This document shows, piece by piece, positions 35,707 through 45,498 of a DNA stretch of 64,000 bases. The stretch spans positions 800,001-864,000 of the forward strand of contig CAVSGO010000007.1 of NCBI GenBank assembly GCA_963727525.1, in the 5' to 3' direction. Numbering within the stretch: position 1 is the stretch's first letter; the number at the start of each line of letters is the position of its first letter. This DNA is from an uncultured bacterium (lineage in GTDB: Bacteria; Krumholzibacteriota; Krumholzibacteriia; LZORAL124-64-63). The position numbers and the translations under genes are program-made. Below the pieces are notes generated by a model. It was not told the origin of the DNA and did no database searches. It saw only the letters and a list, made by a program, of their open reading frames with translations.

Positions 35707-36600
35707 ATGCCCGCTGCCACCTGGACCCGTATCGATTCGTATCATCCCTGCTGGCCCGGCGGCTGGACGAGAATGGACGATCCGCCCGGCGCTGTCTTCG
35801 TCACGGGCGATCCCACGGCCCTGACCGGCCCCTGTCTGGCCATCGTCGGCACCCGCCGGGCCACACCCCGCGGCCTCGCCGTCGCGCATGGGCTCGCGCG
35901 GGACCTCGCCGCGGCTGGATGGACCATCGTCAGCGGGCTCGCCCGTGGCATCGATGGGGCGGCCCACCGCGGCGCCCTGGCGGCCAGCGGCCGCACGGTC
36001 GCGATCATGGCCACCGGCCCCGATCGCACCTACCCGGCCGAGCACCGCCACCTGCGGGCGGACATCGAGCGCGCCGGGGGCTGCGCCGTGAGCGAGGGCG
36101 AGCCCCGGGCCAGTGTCCAGCGCTGGCTCTTCCCCCGCCGCAACCGCCTCATCGCGGGGCTCGCGCGCGGCGTGATCGTGGTGGAGGCGCCCCGCCGCAG
36201 CGGCGCGCTGATCACGGCGCGCCAGGCCGTCGACGCCGGCGGCGAGGTCATGGCCGTGCCCGGTCCGGTCGACCGTCCCGAGAGCCGCGGTTGCCATGAC
36301 CTCATCCGTCTCGGCGCGGCCCTCGTCTGCGACGCCGCGGAGGTGGAAGACACGGTGGGACGCGCTGATCCCGCGGCACCGGTGACGGCCACGCTGATGC
36401 CCGGCTTGCCACCTGTCGACAGCCCCGCGCGCTGGATCTACGACCGGCTCGATCTCGACGGCGTGGTCATCGGCGAGCTGCTCGCGCGCTGGCCGGGAAC
36501 GCGCGCCATGTGGACGCAGGGACTGCTCGCCCTCGAGGTGGCGGGCCTGATCCGACGGTTGCCAGGGGGGAGGCTCGCCCGTAGTATCTGGCACGCGTGA
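35707..36600 (+). CDS. dprA: DNA-processing protein DprA (short N-terminus)
   Basis: AIVGTR, IVSGLARGIDG.AH, FPRRNRLIAGL, VVEA..RSGALITA, C-terminal winged helix. Confidence 0.92.
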   Translation: MPAATWTRIDSYHPCWPGGWTRMDDPPGAVFVTGDPTALTGPCLAIVGTRRATPRGLAVAHGLARDLAAAGWTIVSGLARGIDGAAHRGALAASGRTVAIMATGPDRTYPAEHRHLRADIERAGGCAVSEGEPRASVQRWLFPRRNRLIAGLARGVIVVEAPRRSGALITARQAVDAGGEVMAVPGPVDRPESRGCHDLIRLGAALVCDAAEVEDTVGRADPAAPVTATLMPGLPPVDSPARWIYDRLDLDGVVIGELLARWPGTRAMWTQGLLALEVAGLIRRLPGGRLARSIWHA

Positions 36601-37544
36601 CGAGTCGATACGACGCCTCCCCCGGAGTTCCCGTGCCCGGTTTGCGCAAGACCATCCGCCGCGCGCGCGATTTCGCGGCGCTCGGCAGCCTTTACCTGCT
36701 GACGCGGCCCCTGTCGTTCCGCGCCTTGCAGCGCGTGGGCCGGGGGCTGGGGGTGCTCTGCTACCACGTGATCCCGGTGCGCAAGGCGGTGGTGCTGGCC
36801 AACCTCGAGGCGGCTTTCGGCGACACCCTCGACTCGCGAGCAATCCGCGACCTGGCGCGGCGTTTCTATGCCTGCCTCGGCACCACGTTGCTCGAGTTCT
36901 ACGGACTGGGCCGTTTGCGACCCGAGCGCCTGCGGACCCTGGTGGACATCGAGGGGCGAGAGCACCTCGACGCGGCGCTCGCCGGCGGCAAGGGCGCCCT
37001 GCTCGTCTCCGGCCACTTCGGCAACTGGGAGCTGCTCGCGTCGGCCATCGTCGCCCTGGGCTACCCCACGCGGTTCGTCACCAAGTCGCAGTCGAATCCG
37101 CTGGTGGACCGCATGCAGGCGCGCATCCGCGGCCAGGCGGGCGTCGGCATGATCCGCACCGACGGCTCCCTCGTCGACATCATCCGCGTACTGCGGCGCG
37201 GCGAGTTCATCGGCATCCTGGGCGATCAGGACGCCGGACTGTCGGGCCAGTTCGTGAACTTCCTCGGCCGGCCCGCCAGCGTATTCCGTGGCACAGCCCG
37301 CTTCGCGTATCGCCTGCAGTGCCCCATCGTCACCGGCGGCATCGTACGCCAGCCGGACGGGCGCCACCGCGTGGTGCTCGGCGCGCCCATCCACGTGGAC
37401 CCGGCGTGGGACGAGGAAACGGCCATCCGCGAGCTCACGGAAAAGCATACGCAACGTTTGGAAGCCCTCGTCCGTAGGTGGCCCGACCATTATTTCTGGG
37501 TGCACCGCCGCTGGAAAACCCAGCCTCCGAAGGAGACGCCGTGA
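36597..37544 (+). CDS. Lipid A lauroyl/acyltransferase (LpxL/HtrB family)
   Basis: HFGNWE, DQ, FLG, P..YFWVHRRWK. Confidence 0.88.
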   Translation: MTSRYDASPGVPVPGLRKTIRRARDFAALGSLYLLTRPLSFRALQRVGRGLGVLCYHVIPVRKAVVLANLEAAFGDTLDSRAIRDLARRFYACLGTTLLEFYGLGRLRPERLRTLVDIEGREHLDAALAGGKGALLVSGHFGNWELLASAIVALGYPTRFVTKSQSNPLVDRMQARIRGQAGVGMIRTDGSLVDIIRVLRRGEFIGILGDQDAGLSGQFVNFLGRPASVFRGTARFAYRLQCPIVTGGIVRQPDGRHRVVLGAPIHVDPAWDEETAIRELTEKHTQRLEALVRRWPDHYFWVHRRWKTQPPKETP

Positions 37545-38473
37545 TCGAGGTCCAGGATCTGGTCAAGCGCTTCGGCGCGCTCACCGCGGTCGATAGCATC
37601 AGCTTCGCCGTCGGCCGGGGCGAGCTCTTCGGTCTGCTCGGCCCCAACGGAGCCGGCAAGACCACGACCATCGCCATGCTCTCCACCCTGCTGCCCGCCG
37701 ATGGCGGCCGCGCGATCGTCGCCGGCCTCGACGTCGCGAAGGATCCCGCGGGTGTGCGCCGGCGCATCGGCGTGGTGCCGCAGGAGATCGCGCTCTACGA
37801 GGATCTGAACGCTCGCGAGAACCTGCACTTCTGGGGGCGCCTCTATGGACTCGCGGGCGCCGACCTCGATCGCCACGTCGAGGCCATGCTCGAGCGGGTC
37901 GATCTGCGCGAGCACGCCCGCCAGCGGGTGTCCACCTTCTCCGGCGGCATGAAGCGTCGCCTCAACCTCGCGGCCGGCCTCATGCACAACCCGGAGGTGC
38001 TCTTTCTCGACGAGCCCACGGTCGGCATCGACGCGCAGGCCCGCAGTCGCATTCTGGAGTTGATCCAGGACATGAAGGCCAACGGTCTGACTGTGGTCTA
38101 TACCACACATTACCTCGAGGAGGCGGAGCACCTCTGTGACCGCATTGGCGTGATCGATCAGGGGCGTCTGGTGGCGCTGGGGGACAAGGAGGATCTCATC
38201 AGCCAGATTGGTGACGAGGATACGATCCGGCTCCAGCTTCCCGACGCTGTCGGCGACGCGCTGCAGGCCGCGGCAAGGACGTGGGCCGGGGTGACGGCGG
38301 TAGACACTCATGCGGGACGCGCGGAGATGCGCGTCGGAGACGGCGCGCGCGTCTTGCCCGTGCTGCAAGCGTGGCTCGACGCTCGCGGCCTGCCTCTGGC
38401 CGGGCTGGAGGTGGAGCGCCCCAACCTCGAGTCGCTCTACCTGAATCTCACCGGCCGGGCTCTGAGGGAGTAG
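37541..38473 (+). CDS. ABC exporter ATP-binding protein
   Basis: GPNGAGKTT, FSGGMKRR, LDEPTVG, TTHYLEEAE; AGGAG RBS, GTG start. Confidence 0.92.
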   Translation: MIEVQDLVKRFGALTAVDSISFAVGRGELFGLLGPNGAGKTTTIAMLSTLLPADGGRAIVAGLDVAKDPAGVRRRIGVVPQEIALYEDLNARENLHFWGRLYGLAGADLDRHVEAMLERVDLREHARQRVSTFSGGMKRRLNLAAGLMHNPEVLFLDEPTVGIDAQARSRILELIQDMKANGLTVVYTTHYLEEAEHLCDRIGVIDQGRLVALGDKEDLISQIGDEDTIRLQLPDAVGDALQAAARTWAGVTAVDTHAGRAEMRVGDGARVLPVLQAWLDARGLPLAGLEVERPNLESLYLNLTGRALRE

Positions 38474-38474
38474 C

Positions 38475-39797
38475 ATGAACGTCGGCGTCCTCGTGACCAA
38501 GGACCTGCGCCGGCAATGGCGCGACCGCAAGTCGATCGTGATCCAGCTCGTCGTGCCGGTGCTGCTGACGGTCGTGATGGGCCTCAGCTTCGGCGGGGGC
38601 ATTTTCGGCGATCAGGGCATCAGCGCCGTGCCCATGGCCCTGGTCGGCACCGACGTGCCGCAGGGTGTGCGCGACCGCCTCACCACTGCGCTCGAACAGA
38701 CGAAGTTCTTCAAGGTCACCTGGACCGACAGCGCCCAGGCCGCGCAGAAGGTCGCCAACGGCGAGCTACAGGCCGCGCTCGTGCTGCCCGACAGCCTGCT
38801 GCACCGCTTCCTCGCGGGGCGCGACCTGGAGTTGAAGCTCTGGAAGGACCCCAACAGCGAGATCAAGGCCGGTATCGTCGAGACCATCCTCACCGAGGGG
38901 TTGCGCTCGCTGCAGTCGGGCGAGGCGGCATACTTCGCCCTGTGGCCGGAGACGGCGACCAGAGAGCCGAATCTCGACACCACGCCCCTCGGACGCTTCC
39001 TCGACGGCGATCCGGCCCCACTCTGGCGCGAACTGCGCGCTCGCGATACGGAGGAACACGAGGAGCTGCTCACCTCCTTCGACCGCGCCTTCGCCTTTGC
39101 CGGCGCCATGAGGGAGCCGCGGATCCACCTCGATGTCTTCAATCGTAGCGACTGGCGTACCGCATCCCGCGAGGCGGCGAGTCGCAACATGTTCGACTAC
39201 TTCCTGCCCTCGATCGCGGTGTTCTTCATGATGTGGGGCGTGGCGGCGATCGCCCGCGACTACCAGCGCGAACGCGACGCGCGCACGCTGGCGCGGGTGC
39301 TGCTGGGGCCGGTCACGTCGGCGGAGGTGCTGCTCGGCAAGTGGGCCACCGCGGTGATCGGCGGTGCCGTGCAGCTCAGCCTGCTCTTCGCGCTCGGTGC
39401 TGCCCTCTTCGGCATGCGCCTCGGCCCGGACCCCTTCGTGCTACTGATCGCCATCGTCTTCAGCTGCGCGGCGACGGCGAGCGTCTACATGGTGCTGGCC
39501 TTGCTGGCGCGCACCGAGAAGGCCCTCGATGCGCTGACGACGATCTTCACGCTCGTCAGCGGCATGCTGGGCGGCAACTTCTTCCCCACCGACTTCATGC
39601 CGCCCGCGCTGCACGTGGTGGGCAAGATCACGTTCAACTACTGGGCGAACAGTGCCTTCAGCGAGATCATCGTGCATGACCGCGGCCTCGCCGCGGTGGC
39701 CGTTGAACTCGGCGTGCTGCTGGCGATCACGGCCGTGGGTCTGCTCGTGAGTCTGACGCTGCTGACCGCGGCGCGCCGACGGGGGGTGGCGGCATGA
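38475..39797 (+). CDS. ABC-2 exporter permease
   Basis: 1+5 TM topology with large extracytoplasmic loop; ERDARTL, LLGK, LGGNFFP. Confidence 0.85.
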   Translation: MNVGVLVTKDLRRQWRDRKSIVIQLVVPVLLTVVMGLSFGGGIFGDQGISAVPMALVGTDVPQGVRDRLTTALEQTKFFKVTWTDSAQAAQKVANGELQAALVLPDSLLHRFLAGRDLELKLWKDPNSEIKAGIVETILTEGLRSLQSGEAAYFALWPETATREPNLDTTPLGRFLDGDPAPLWRELRARDTEEHEELLTSFDRAFAFAGAMREPRIHLDVFNRSDWRTASREAASRNMFDYFLPSIAVFFMMWGVAAIARDYQRERDARTLARVLLGPVTSAEVLLGKWATAVIGGAVQLSLLFALGAALFGMRLGPDPFVLLIAIVFSCAATASVYMVLALLARTEKALDALTTIFTLVSGMLGGNFFPTDFMPPALHVVGKITFNYWANSAFSEIIVHDRGLAAVAVELGVLLAITAVGLLVSLTLLTAARRRGVAA

Positions 39798-41008
39798 ACC
39801 CGCGTTTCGTGGCGGTGATCGTCGCCTTGCGCCTGCGGCGCATCCTCGCCGACCGGGCGAACATCATCTGGCTGCTCGTGATGCCGCTGATCTTCGCCTT
39901 CCTCATGGGGATGCTGATGGGCGACTGGAGCGCTGCGCGCCCGCGGCCGCTCGTCGTGGTGGCGGCACCGGATAGCAGTGCCTCCCTGGCCACGCTCATG
40001 GCACCACTGCTGGCGAGCGGGGCGTTCCGTGTCACGCGGATCGATTCCGTCTTCACGGCCGACGACGCCCGCGCTCTCGTCGACGATACGTGGGCGTCCG
40101 CGGTGCTGCTCGTGAATCCGGGTTTCGGCGACAGTCTCGCCGCCGGCCTCGCGCCGCATCTGCGCTTTTACCAGGACGGCGGTCGCACGAGCGCCCAGAG
40201 GGCGCGCCAGGCCTTGGCCACAGCGGTGTCCCGACTCGAGGCCGAGGTCAGCGCGCGGACGCTCGTGGCTGCCGATCCAGCACAGGTTGCGCGCGGCGAA
40301 GCCATGGCCTTCGACGACTCGGTCTTCTCCGACGCCCTCGCCCATCCGCGCCTACGTCTGGCGGTGTCGTCGCTCGGTCGCAGCCGCTACGAGGACCTCG
40401 CGCTCACCGACGCGCGTCAGCACTCGGGACCGGCCTACACGCTCATGTTCACGCTCATGTTTCTGCTGATGTCGGCCAAGGATCTCGTGGCCGAGCGTAA
40501 GCAGCGTACGCTCGACCGCCTGCGCTTGAGTCACATCAGCGCGGCCGATCTCACGGTAGGCTATTTCCTCGGCGGCTTCCTGATCGGGGTGCTGCAGATG
40601 GGCGTGCTCCTGACGCTGAACAGCCTGCTCTTCGGCATCGACTACGGCAACTCCCCCATCACCCTCGCACTCATGGCCGTGCTGTTCACGGCGACGGCGG
40701 CGGCGATGGGGTTGCTCCTGGGAAGCCTCGCGCGCACACCGGCGCAAGCGGACGCACTGGGGATGGTCCTTGGCATGTCGTTGCCGGCCCTCGGCGGTCT
40801 GTGGTGGCCGCTTGAGATCACGCCGAAGTTCATGCAGAGCCTCGGCCATGCGCTGCCGACTGGCCAGGCCATCACGATCCTCCACGGACTGATCGGCCGC
40901 GGCACCGGCCTCGCGGAGGCGGTGCCGTACCTGGCCGGACTGCTGGCCTGGACGCTGGCGATACTTGTCGCGGCGGTCCTGGCATTCCAGCGGAGGGCCG
41001 CCACCTAG
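39794..41008 (+). CDS. ABC-2 exporter permease (second)
   Basis: ERKQRTLDRL, LGGLWWPLEITP. Confidence 0.85.
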   Translation: MNPRFVAVIVALRLRRILADRANIIWLLVMPLIFAFLMGMLMGDWSAARPRPLVVVAAPDSSASLATLMAPLLASGAFRVTRIDSVFTADDARALVDDTWASAVLLVNPGFGDSLAAGLAPHLRFYQDGGRTSAQRARQALATAVSRLEAEVSARTLVAADPAQVARGEAMAFDDSVFSDALAHPRLRLAVSSLGRSRYEDLALTDARQHSGPAYTLMFTLMFLLMSAKDLVAERKQRTLDRLRLSHISAADLTVGYFLGGFLIGVLQMGVLLTLNSLLFGIDYGNSPITLALMAVLFTATAAAMGLLLGSLARTPAQADALGMVLGMSLPALGGLWWPLEITPKFMQSLGHALPTGQAITILHGLIGRGTGLAEAVPYLAGLLAWTLAILVAAVLAFQRRAAT

Positions 41009-41011
41009 GGA

Positions 41012-41311
41012 CTATTCCGGCTGGAAGCCGATGGAACCGTGCTGCTCCTGGGGGCCGGGCAGGCGGATCTCGCCATGGGTCTTCTCGAAGCGCTCGATAT
41101 TTTCGCCGAGCGAGCGCTGCAAGGCCTTGGCGCCCGCGGGCGTCATGATGACCCGCGCGTGCACCTTTGCCTTGGGCACACCCGGCAGCAAGCGCGCGAA
41201 GTCGAGCACGAACTCGCTGGGGCTGTGGGTGATGATCGTCAGGTTGGCGAACACGCCATCGGCCGCCCCGGTACTCAGGTCCACCGTGATCTGCTGTTTT
41301 TGCTGGTTCAT
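41012..41311 (-). CDS. DUF3467-family protein
   Basis: ANL.IITHSPSEFVLDF, ARVIMTP..AK, ENIERFE..HGEI. Confidence 0.85.
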   Translation of the reverse strand: MNQQKQQITVDLSTGAADGVFANLTIITHSPSEFVLDFARLLPGVPKAKVHARVIMTPAGAKALQRSLGENIERFEKTHGEIRLPGPQEQHGSIGFQPE

Positions 41312-41351
41312 GCCCGTCCTTCCGGAGACCCCTGCGTCCGGGGCCACCGCG

Positions 41352-41381
41352 TTGACACGGCCGACGCCGCGATGCTAGGTT
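41352..41381 (+). promoter_or_regulatory. Sigma-70 promoter (TTGACA-N18-TAGGTT, extended TG)
   Basis: Perfect -35; upstream of rfaE1. Confidence 0.6.
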
Positions 41382-41427
41382 GCGGCGCCGGATCTGGCCC
41401 GTCCACCGCGTCGAAAGATTGGAACCG

Positions 41428-42411
41428 ATGCACGATAAGTTCAAGGAGATCCTCGGCCGCTGCCAGGGCTTGCGCCTCGCCGTGGTCGGCGACGGCATGG
41501 TCGACCGCTTCCTTTTCGGTCAGTGCGACCGCATCAGTCCCGAGGCACCGGTCCCCGTGGTGCGGCTGGAACGCGAGGTGCTCAAGCTCGGCGGCGCGGC
41601 CAACGTGGCGGCGAACATCCGCGCGCTCGGAGCCCGGGTGTGTCTGGTCAGCGTGTGCGGCGACGACGACACCGCGGCCGGCCTGCGCGGCCTCCTCGCG
41701 GAGCGGGGGATCGAGTCCGACGGCCTCGTAGCGCTTTCCGACCGCCCCACGACCGTGAAGACCCGCATCATCGCGCAGCACCAGCAGATCGTCCGCGCCG
41801 ACCGCGAGAACCCGACCCCGGTGGTCGGCGCCGGGGCGGACGCGCTCATTGCGCGCCTCGAGGCGCTTGGCCCCTTCGACGGCTACGTGCTCAGCGATTA
41901 CGGCAAGGGCGTGCTCACCGACGCCACCCTCGCTGCCGTGATCACCCGCGCCCAGTCGGAGGGTCGGGTGGTCGTGGTCGATCCCAAGCAGGGTGACTAC
42001 GCTCAGTACCGGGGCGCCACGTCGCTCACGCCGAATCAGCGCGAGGCCGCGGCCGCCTGTGCGATGACCATCCACGACGACGCCTCGCTCACGCGGGCCG
42101 GCCAGCTGCTGCTGGAACGGACGGCGGCCGAGAGCGTGCTGATCACGCGGGGCGAGCACGGCATGGCGCTCTTCCTGCGCGACGGGGCGGAGCATCATCT
42201 CGCCACGGAGGCGACCGAGGTCTTCGATGTCACCGGCGCGGGCGACACCGTCATCGCCGCCTTCACCACGGCAATCGTTGCGGGCGCCGACGCGGTCACC
42301 GCGGCCTCCCTGGCCAACCACGCGGCGGGCGTCGCCGTGCGGGAGCTCGGCACCGCCGCCGTCACGGCCGTACAGATCCTCGCGCTCGCGGGAAGGGACC
42401 GGCATGCGTGA
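41428..42411 (+). CDS. rfaE1: D-glycero-beta-D-manno-heptose-7-phosphate kinase
   Basis: RISPEAPVPV, GGAANVA, SDYGKG, VFDVTGAGDT. Confidence 0.93.
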   Translation: MHDKFKEILGRCQGLRLAVVGDGMVDRFLFGQCDRISPEAPVPVVRLEREVLKLGGAANVAANIRALGARVCLVSVCGDDDTAAGLRGLLAERGIESDGLVALSDRPTTVKTRIIAQHQQIVRADRENPTPVVGAGADALIARLEALGPFDGYVLSDYGKGVLTDATLAAVITRAQSEGRVVVVDPKQGDYAQYRGATSLTPNQREAAAACAMTIHDDASLTRAGQLLLERTAAESVLITRGEHGMALFLRDGAEHHLATEATEVFDVTGAGDTVIAAFTTAIVAGADAVTAASLANHAAGVAVRELGTAAVTAVQILALAGRDRHA

Positions 42412-42898
42412 CGTCGACCTGGGGCTCATCCTCGCGCCTGATGAGCTGGCGGCTTGGGCGCAGGCGCACCATGACATCGGCCGCACCATTGCGTTCACCA
42501 ACGGCTGCTTCGATCTCCTGCACGCCGGCCATCTGTGGAGCCTGGCCGAGGCCGCCCGCCAGGCCGACCACCTGCTCGTGGCCGTCAACAGCGACAGCTC
42601 CACCCGTCAGCTCAAGGGGCCCACCCGCCCGCTCGTCGACGAGGTCTCCCGAGCGGCCCTCGTGGCCGCCTTGCGACCGGTATCCGCGGTGACCATATTT
42701 GCCGAACCAACGCCGCTCGACACCATCTTGACGGTGCGGCCGGACGTACTCGTGAAGGGGTCCGAGTACGCGGAGAGCGAGATCGTCGGCGCCCGGGAGA
42801 TCACAGCCTGGGGCGGCGCGATCTTCCGGGTGCCCATGCGCGCCGGTTGGTCGACCTCTGCCATCATCTCTGCGATCAGGCAGAAGGAGAAACCATGA
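42404..42898 (+). CDS. rfaE2: Heptose-1-phosphate adenylyltransferase
   Basis: FTNGCFDLLHAGH, NSDSS...LKG..RP, PDVLVKG. Confidence 0.93.
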   Translation: MRDVDLGLILAPDELAAWAQAHHDIGRTIAFTNGCFDLLHAGHLWSLAEAARQADHLLVAVNSDSSTRQLKGPTRPLVDEVSRAALVAALRPVSAVTIFAEPTPLDTILTVRPDVLVKGSEYAESEIVGAREITAWGGAIFRVPMRAGWSTSAIISAIRQKEKP

Positions 42899-44214
42899 GC
42901 AGGCAACGCGTGATCATCCTCGGCGCCGCCGGGCGCGACTTCCACAATTTCAACTGCCGCTACCGGGGCAACCAGGAATACGAGGTGGTCGCCTTCACGG
43001 CCACCCAGATTCCCGACATCGACGGCCGCCGCTATCCCGCCGCTCTCGCCGGCGAACTTTATCCGCAGGGCATTCCGATCGAGGACGAGAGCCGTCTCGA
43101 AGATCTCATCGTCGAGTTGAAGGCCGACGTTTGCGTCATGGCCTACAGCGACCGTTCCTACGATCAGACGATGAGCCTGGGCAGCCGTGTCAACGCTGCG
43201 GGCTGCGACTTCCTGTTCATGGGCGAGCGCGACACCCAGGTCAAGAGTACCAAGCCGGTGATCAGCGTCTGCGCCGTGCGCACCGGCTGCGGCAAGAGCC
43301 AGACCAGCCGCGCCATCTGCCGCATCCTGCGCGCCGCGGGCAAGAAGGTCGTGGCGATCCGCCATCCGATGCCGTACGGAGATCTCGTAGCTCAGCGCGT
43401 GCAACGCTTCGCCACGGTCGAGGATCTCGCCAAGCACAAGTGCACCATCGAGGAGATGGAAGAGTACGAGCCACACATTGCGGCCGGTGGTGTGATCTAC
43501 GCGGGTGTCGACTACGAGGCCATCCTGCGCGAAGCCGAGAAGGAAGCCGACATCATCCTGTGGGACGGCGGCAACAACGACACGCCGTTCTACAAGAGCG
43601 ACCTGCACATCGTGGTGGCCGATCCCCACCGCGCGGGGCACGAGTTGACGTACTACCCCAGCGAGACGAACATCCGCCTGGCCGACGTCGTGATCATCAA
43701 CAAGGAAGTCGAGGCCGAATTCGAGGACATCCAGACCGTGCGCGACAACGTGGCCATGGTGAATCCGGATGCCATCATCATCGACGCGGCGAGCCCGCTC
43801 ACGGTCGAGGGCGATCCCGCCCTCGTACGCGGCAAACGCGTGCTCGTGGTCGAGGACGGCCCCACGCTCACGCATGGCCAGATGACCTACGGCGCCGGCG
43901 TCGTGGCGGCCATGCGCCTGGGCGCCGAGGAACTGGTCGATCCGCGCCCATGGGCCGTCGGGCGCCTCGCGGAGACCTTCGAGCGCTATCCGGAGATCGG
44001 CACGCTGTTGCCGGCCATGGGCTACGGTGACGAGCAGGTGGCCGACCTGGAAAAGACGATCAATGCCGTCGATTGCGACACCGTCGTCATCGGCACACCG
44101 ATCGATCTGAATCGGGTCGTCAAGATCAAGAAACCGACCGTCCGGATCGGTTACGAACTGCAGGAGATCGGCCAGCCCGACCTGCGTTCCGTGCTCGCGC
44201 GCTTTCTCCACTAG
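42895..44214 (+). CDS. COG2403 P-loop enzyme (cyclic 2,3-diphosphoglycerate synthase-like / arginine synthetase ArcE-like)
   Basis: GAAGRDFHNFN, AFTATQIP, RTGCGKSQT, RHPMPYG, WDGGNND, VEDGPTLTHG. Confidence 0.8.
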   Translation: MSRQRVIILGAAGRDFHNFNCRYRGNQEYEVVAFTATQIPDIDGRRYPAALAGELYPQGIPIEDESRLEDLIVELKADVCVMAYSDRSYDQTMSLGSRVNAAGCDFLFMGERDTQVKSTKPVISVCAVRTGCGKSQTSRAICRILRAAGKKVVAIRHPMPYGDLVAQRVQRFATVEDLAKHKCTIEEMEEYEPHIAAGGVIYAGVDYEAILREAEKEADIILWDGGNNDTPFYKSDLHIVVADPHRAGHELTYYPSETNIRLADVVIINKEVEAEFEDIQTVRDNVAMVNPDAIIIDAASPLTVEGDPALVRGKRVLVVEDGPTLTHGQMTYGAGVVAAMRLGAEELVDPRPWAVGRLAETFERYPEIGTLLPAMGYGDEQVADLEKTINAVDCDTVVIGTPIDLNRVVKIKKPTVRIGYELQEIGQPDLRSVLARFLH

Positions 44215-44247
44215 ATTCTGGCAAAAGCCATAAAAAACACTACCATT

Positions 44248-44280
44248 GAGTCCGGCCCGCAGGGGCCGGACTCGCTTTCT
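44248..44280 (+). terminator. Hairpin terminator overlapping a sucC promoter candidate
   Basis: 11-bp stem GAGTCCGGCCC/GGGCCGGACTC followed by GCTTTCT; CTGGCA-N17-TACCAT at 44218-44246. Confidence 0.55.
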
Positions 44281-44309
44281 CGGTGGGAGCAACCGGACGG
44301 GAGGACGTG

Positions 44310-45458
44310 GTGAACATCCACGAGTACCAGGCACGCGAGATCTTTGCGGCGGCCGGCTTGCCGGTGCCGCCCGGTAAGGTGGCCACGACCGCGGCCGAGG
44401 CGCAGGCCCACGCGCAGGAACTGGGTCTGCCCGTGATGGTCAAGGCGCAGGTGCTGACCGGCGGCCGCGGCAAGGCGGGCGGTGTGAAGTTCTGTGCGTC
44501 ACACGAGGACGTCACGAAGAACGCCACGGCCATCCTCGGCATGGACATCAAGGGGCATACGGTGCGCAAGGTCCTGGTGACCCCGGCCGTCGACATCGCC
44601 TCGGAATACTATCTCGGCATGCTGGTCGACCGCCGCGTTGGCCGCGTGCTGCTCATGGCCAGCGCCGAGGGCGGCGTCGAGATCGAACAGGTCGCCAGGG
44701 ACGCCCCCGAGGCCATCCTCAAGTACGAGATCGACCCGCGCTATGGTCTGCTCGATCACGAGGCCATGAGTGTCGCGCTCGCGCTCACGAAGAGCGACAT
44801 CGCCAAGGCGCGCCAGATCGCGGCCACGCTCAAGAAGCTGTACGCCGCGTTCATGTCGGCCGACGCCAGCCTGGCCGAGGTCAACCCGTTCATCTTCACG
44901 CCCGACGGCAAGGGCCTGGCGATCGATGCCAAGGTCAACCTCGATGACAACGCGATGTTCCGGCACCCCGATTACGAGGGCAAGCGCGACGTGGAGGCCG
45001 AGGATCCGAGCGAGCGGCTCGCACGCGAGGCGGGTCTCAGCTTCGTCAAGCTGTCCGGCAGCGTCGGCTGCCTCGTCAACGGCGCCGGCCTGGCCATGGC
45101 CACGATGGACCTGGTGAAGTACTACGGCGGTGCGCCGGCCAACTTCCTCGACATCGGCGGCAGTTCCAATCCGGGCAAGGTGGTCAACGCGCTGCGTATC
45201 ATCCTTTCCGATACCGAGGTCAAGGCGATCCTCTTCAACATCTTCGGCGGCATCACCCGCTGCGACGACGTGGCCCGCGGCATCATCGAGGCCACCAATG
45301 CCCTCAACATCCGGGTGCCCATCGTCGTGCGCCTCACTGGGACCAACGAGGCCGAGGCCCGCGAGCTGCTGGCGTCGACGCAGCTCGTGCCGGCGGCCGA
45401 CATGGACGAAGCCGTCAAGAAGGCGATCGAGCTGGCCGGCGCGGACACGAGCGCCTGA
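44310..45458 (+). CDS. sucC: Succinyl-CoA synthetase beta subunit
   Basis: NIHEYQA, GGRGKAGGV, NGAGLAMATMD, NIFGGI.RCD. Confidence 0.97.
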   Translation: MNIHEYQAREIFAAAGLPVPPGKVATTAAEAQAHAQELGLPVMVKAQVLTGGRGKAGGVKFCASHEDVTKNATAILGMDIKGHTVRKVLVTPAVDIASEYYLGMLVDRRVGRVLLMASAEGGVEIEQVARDAPEAILKYEIDPRYGLLDHEAMSVALALTKSDIAKARQIAATLKKLYAAFMSADASLAEVNPFIFTPDGKGLAIDAKVNLDDNAMFRHPDYEGKRDVEAEDPSERLAREAGLSFVKLSGSVGCLVNGAGLAMATMDLVKYYGGAPANFLDIGGSSNPGKVVNALRIILSDTEVKAILFNIFGGITRCDDVARGIIEATNALNIRVPIVVRLTGTNEAEARELLASTQLVPAADMDEAVKKAIELAGADTSA

Positions 45459-45498
45459 GAACCCGTGACGACCGACCACGGTCGAGGAGGACGTAGCG

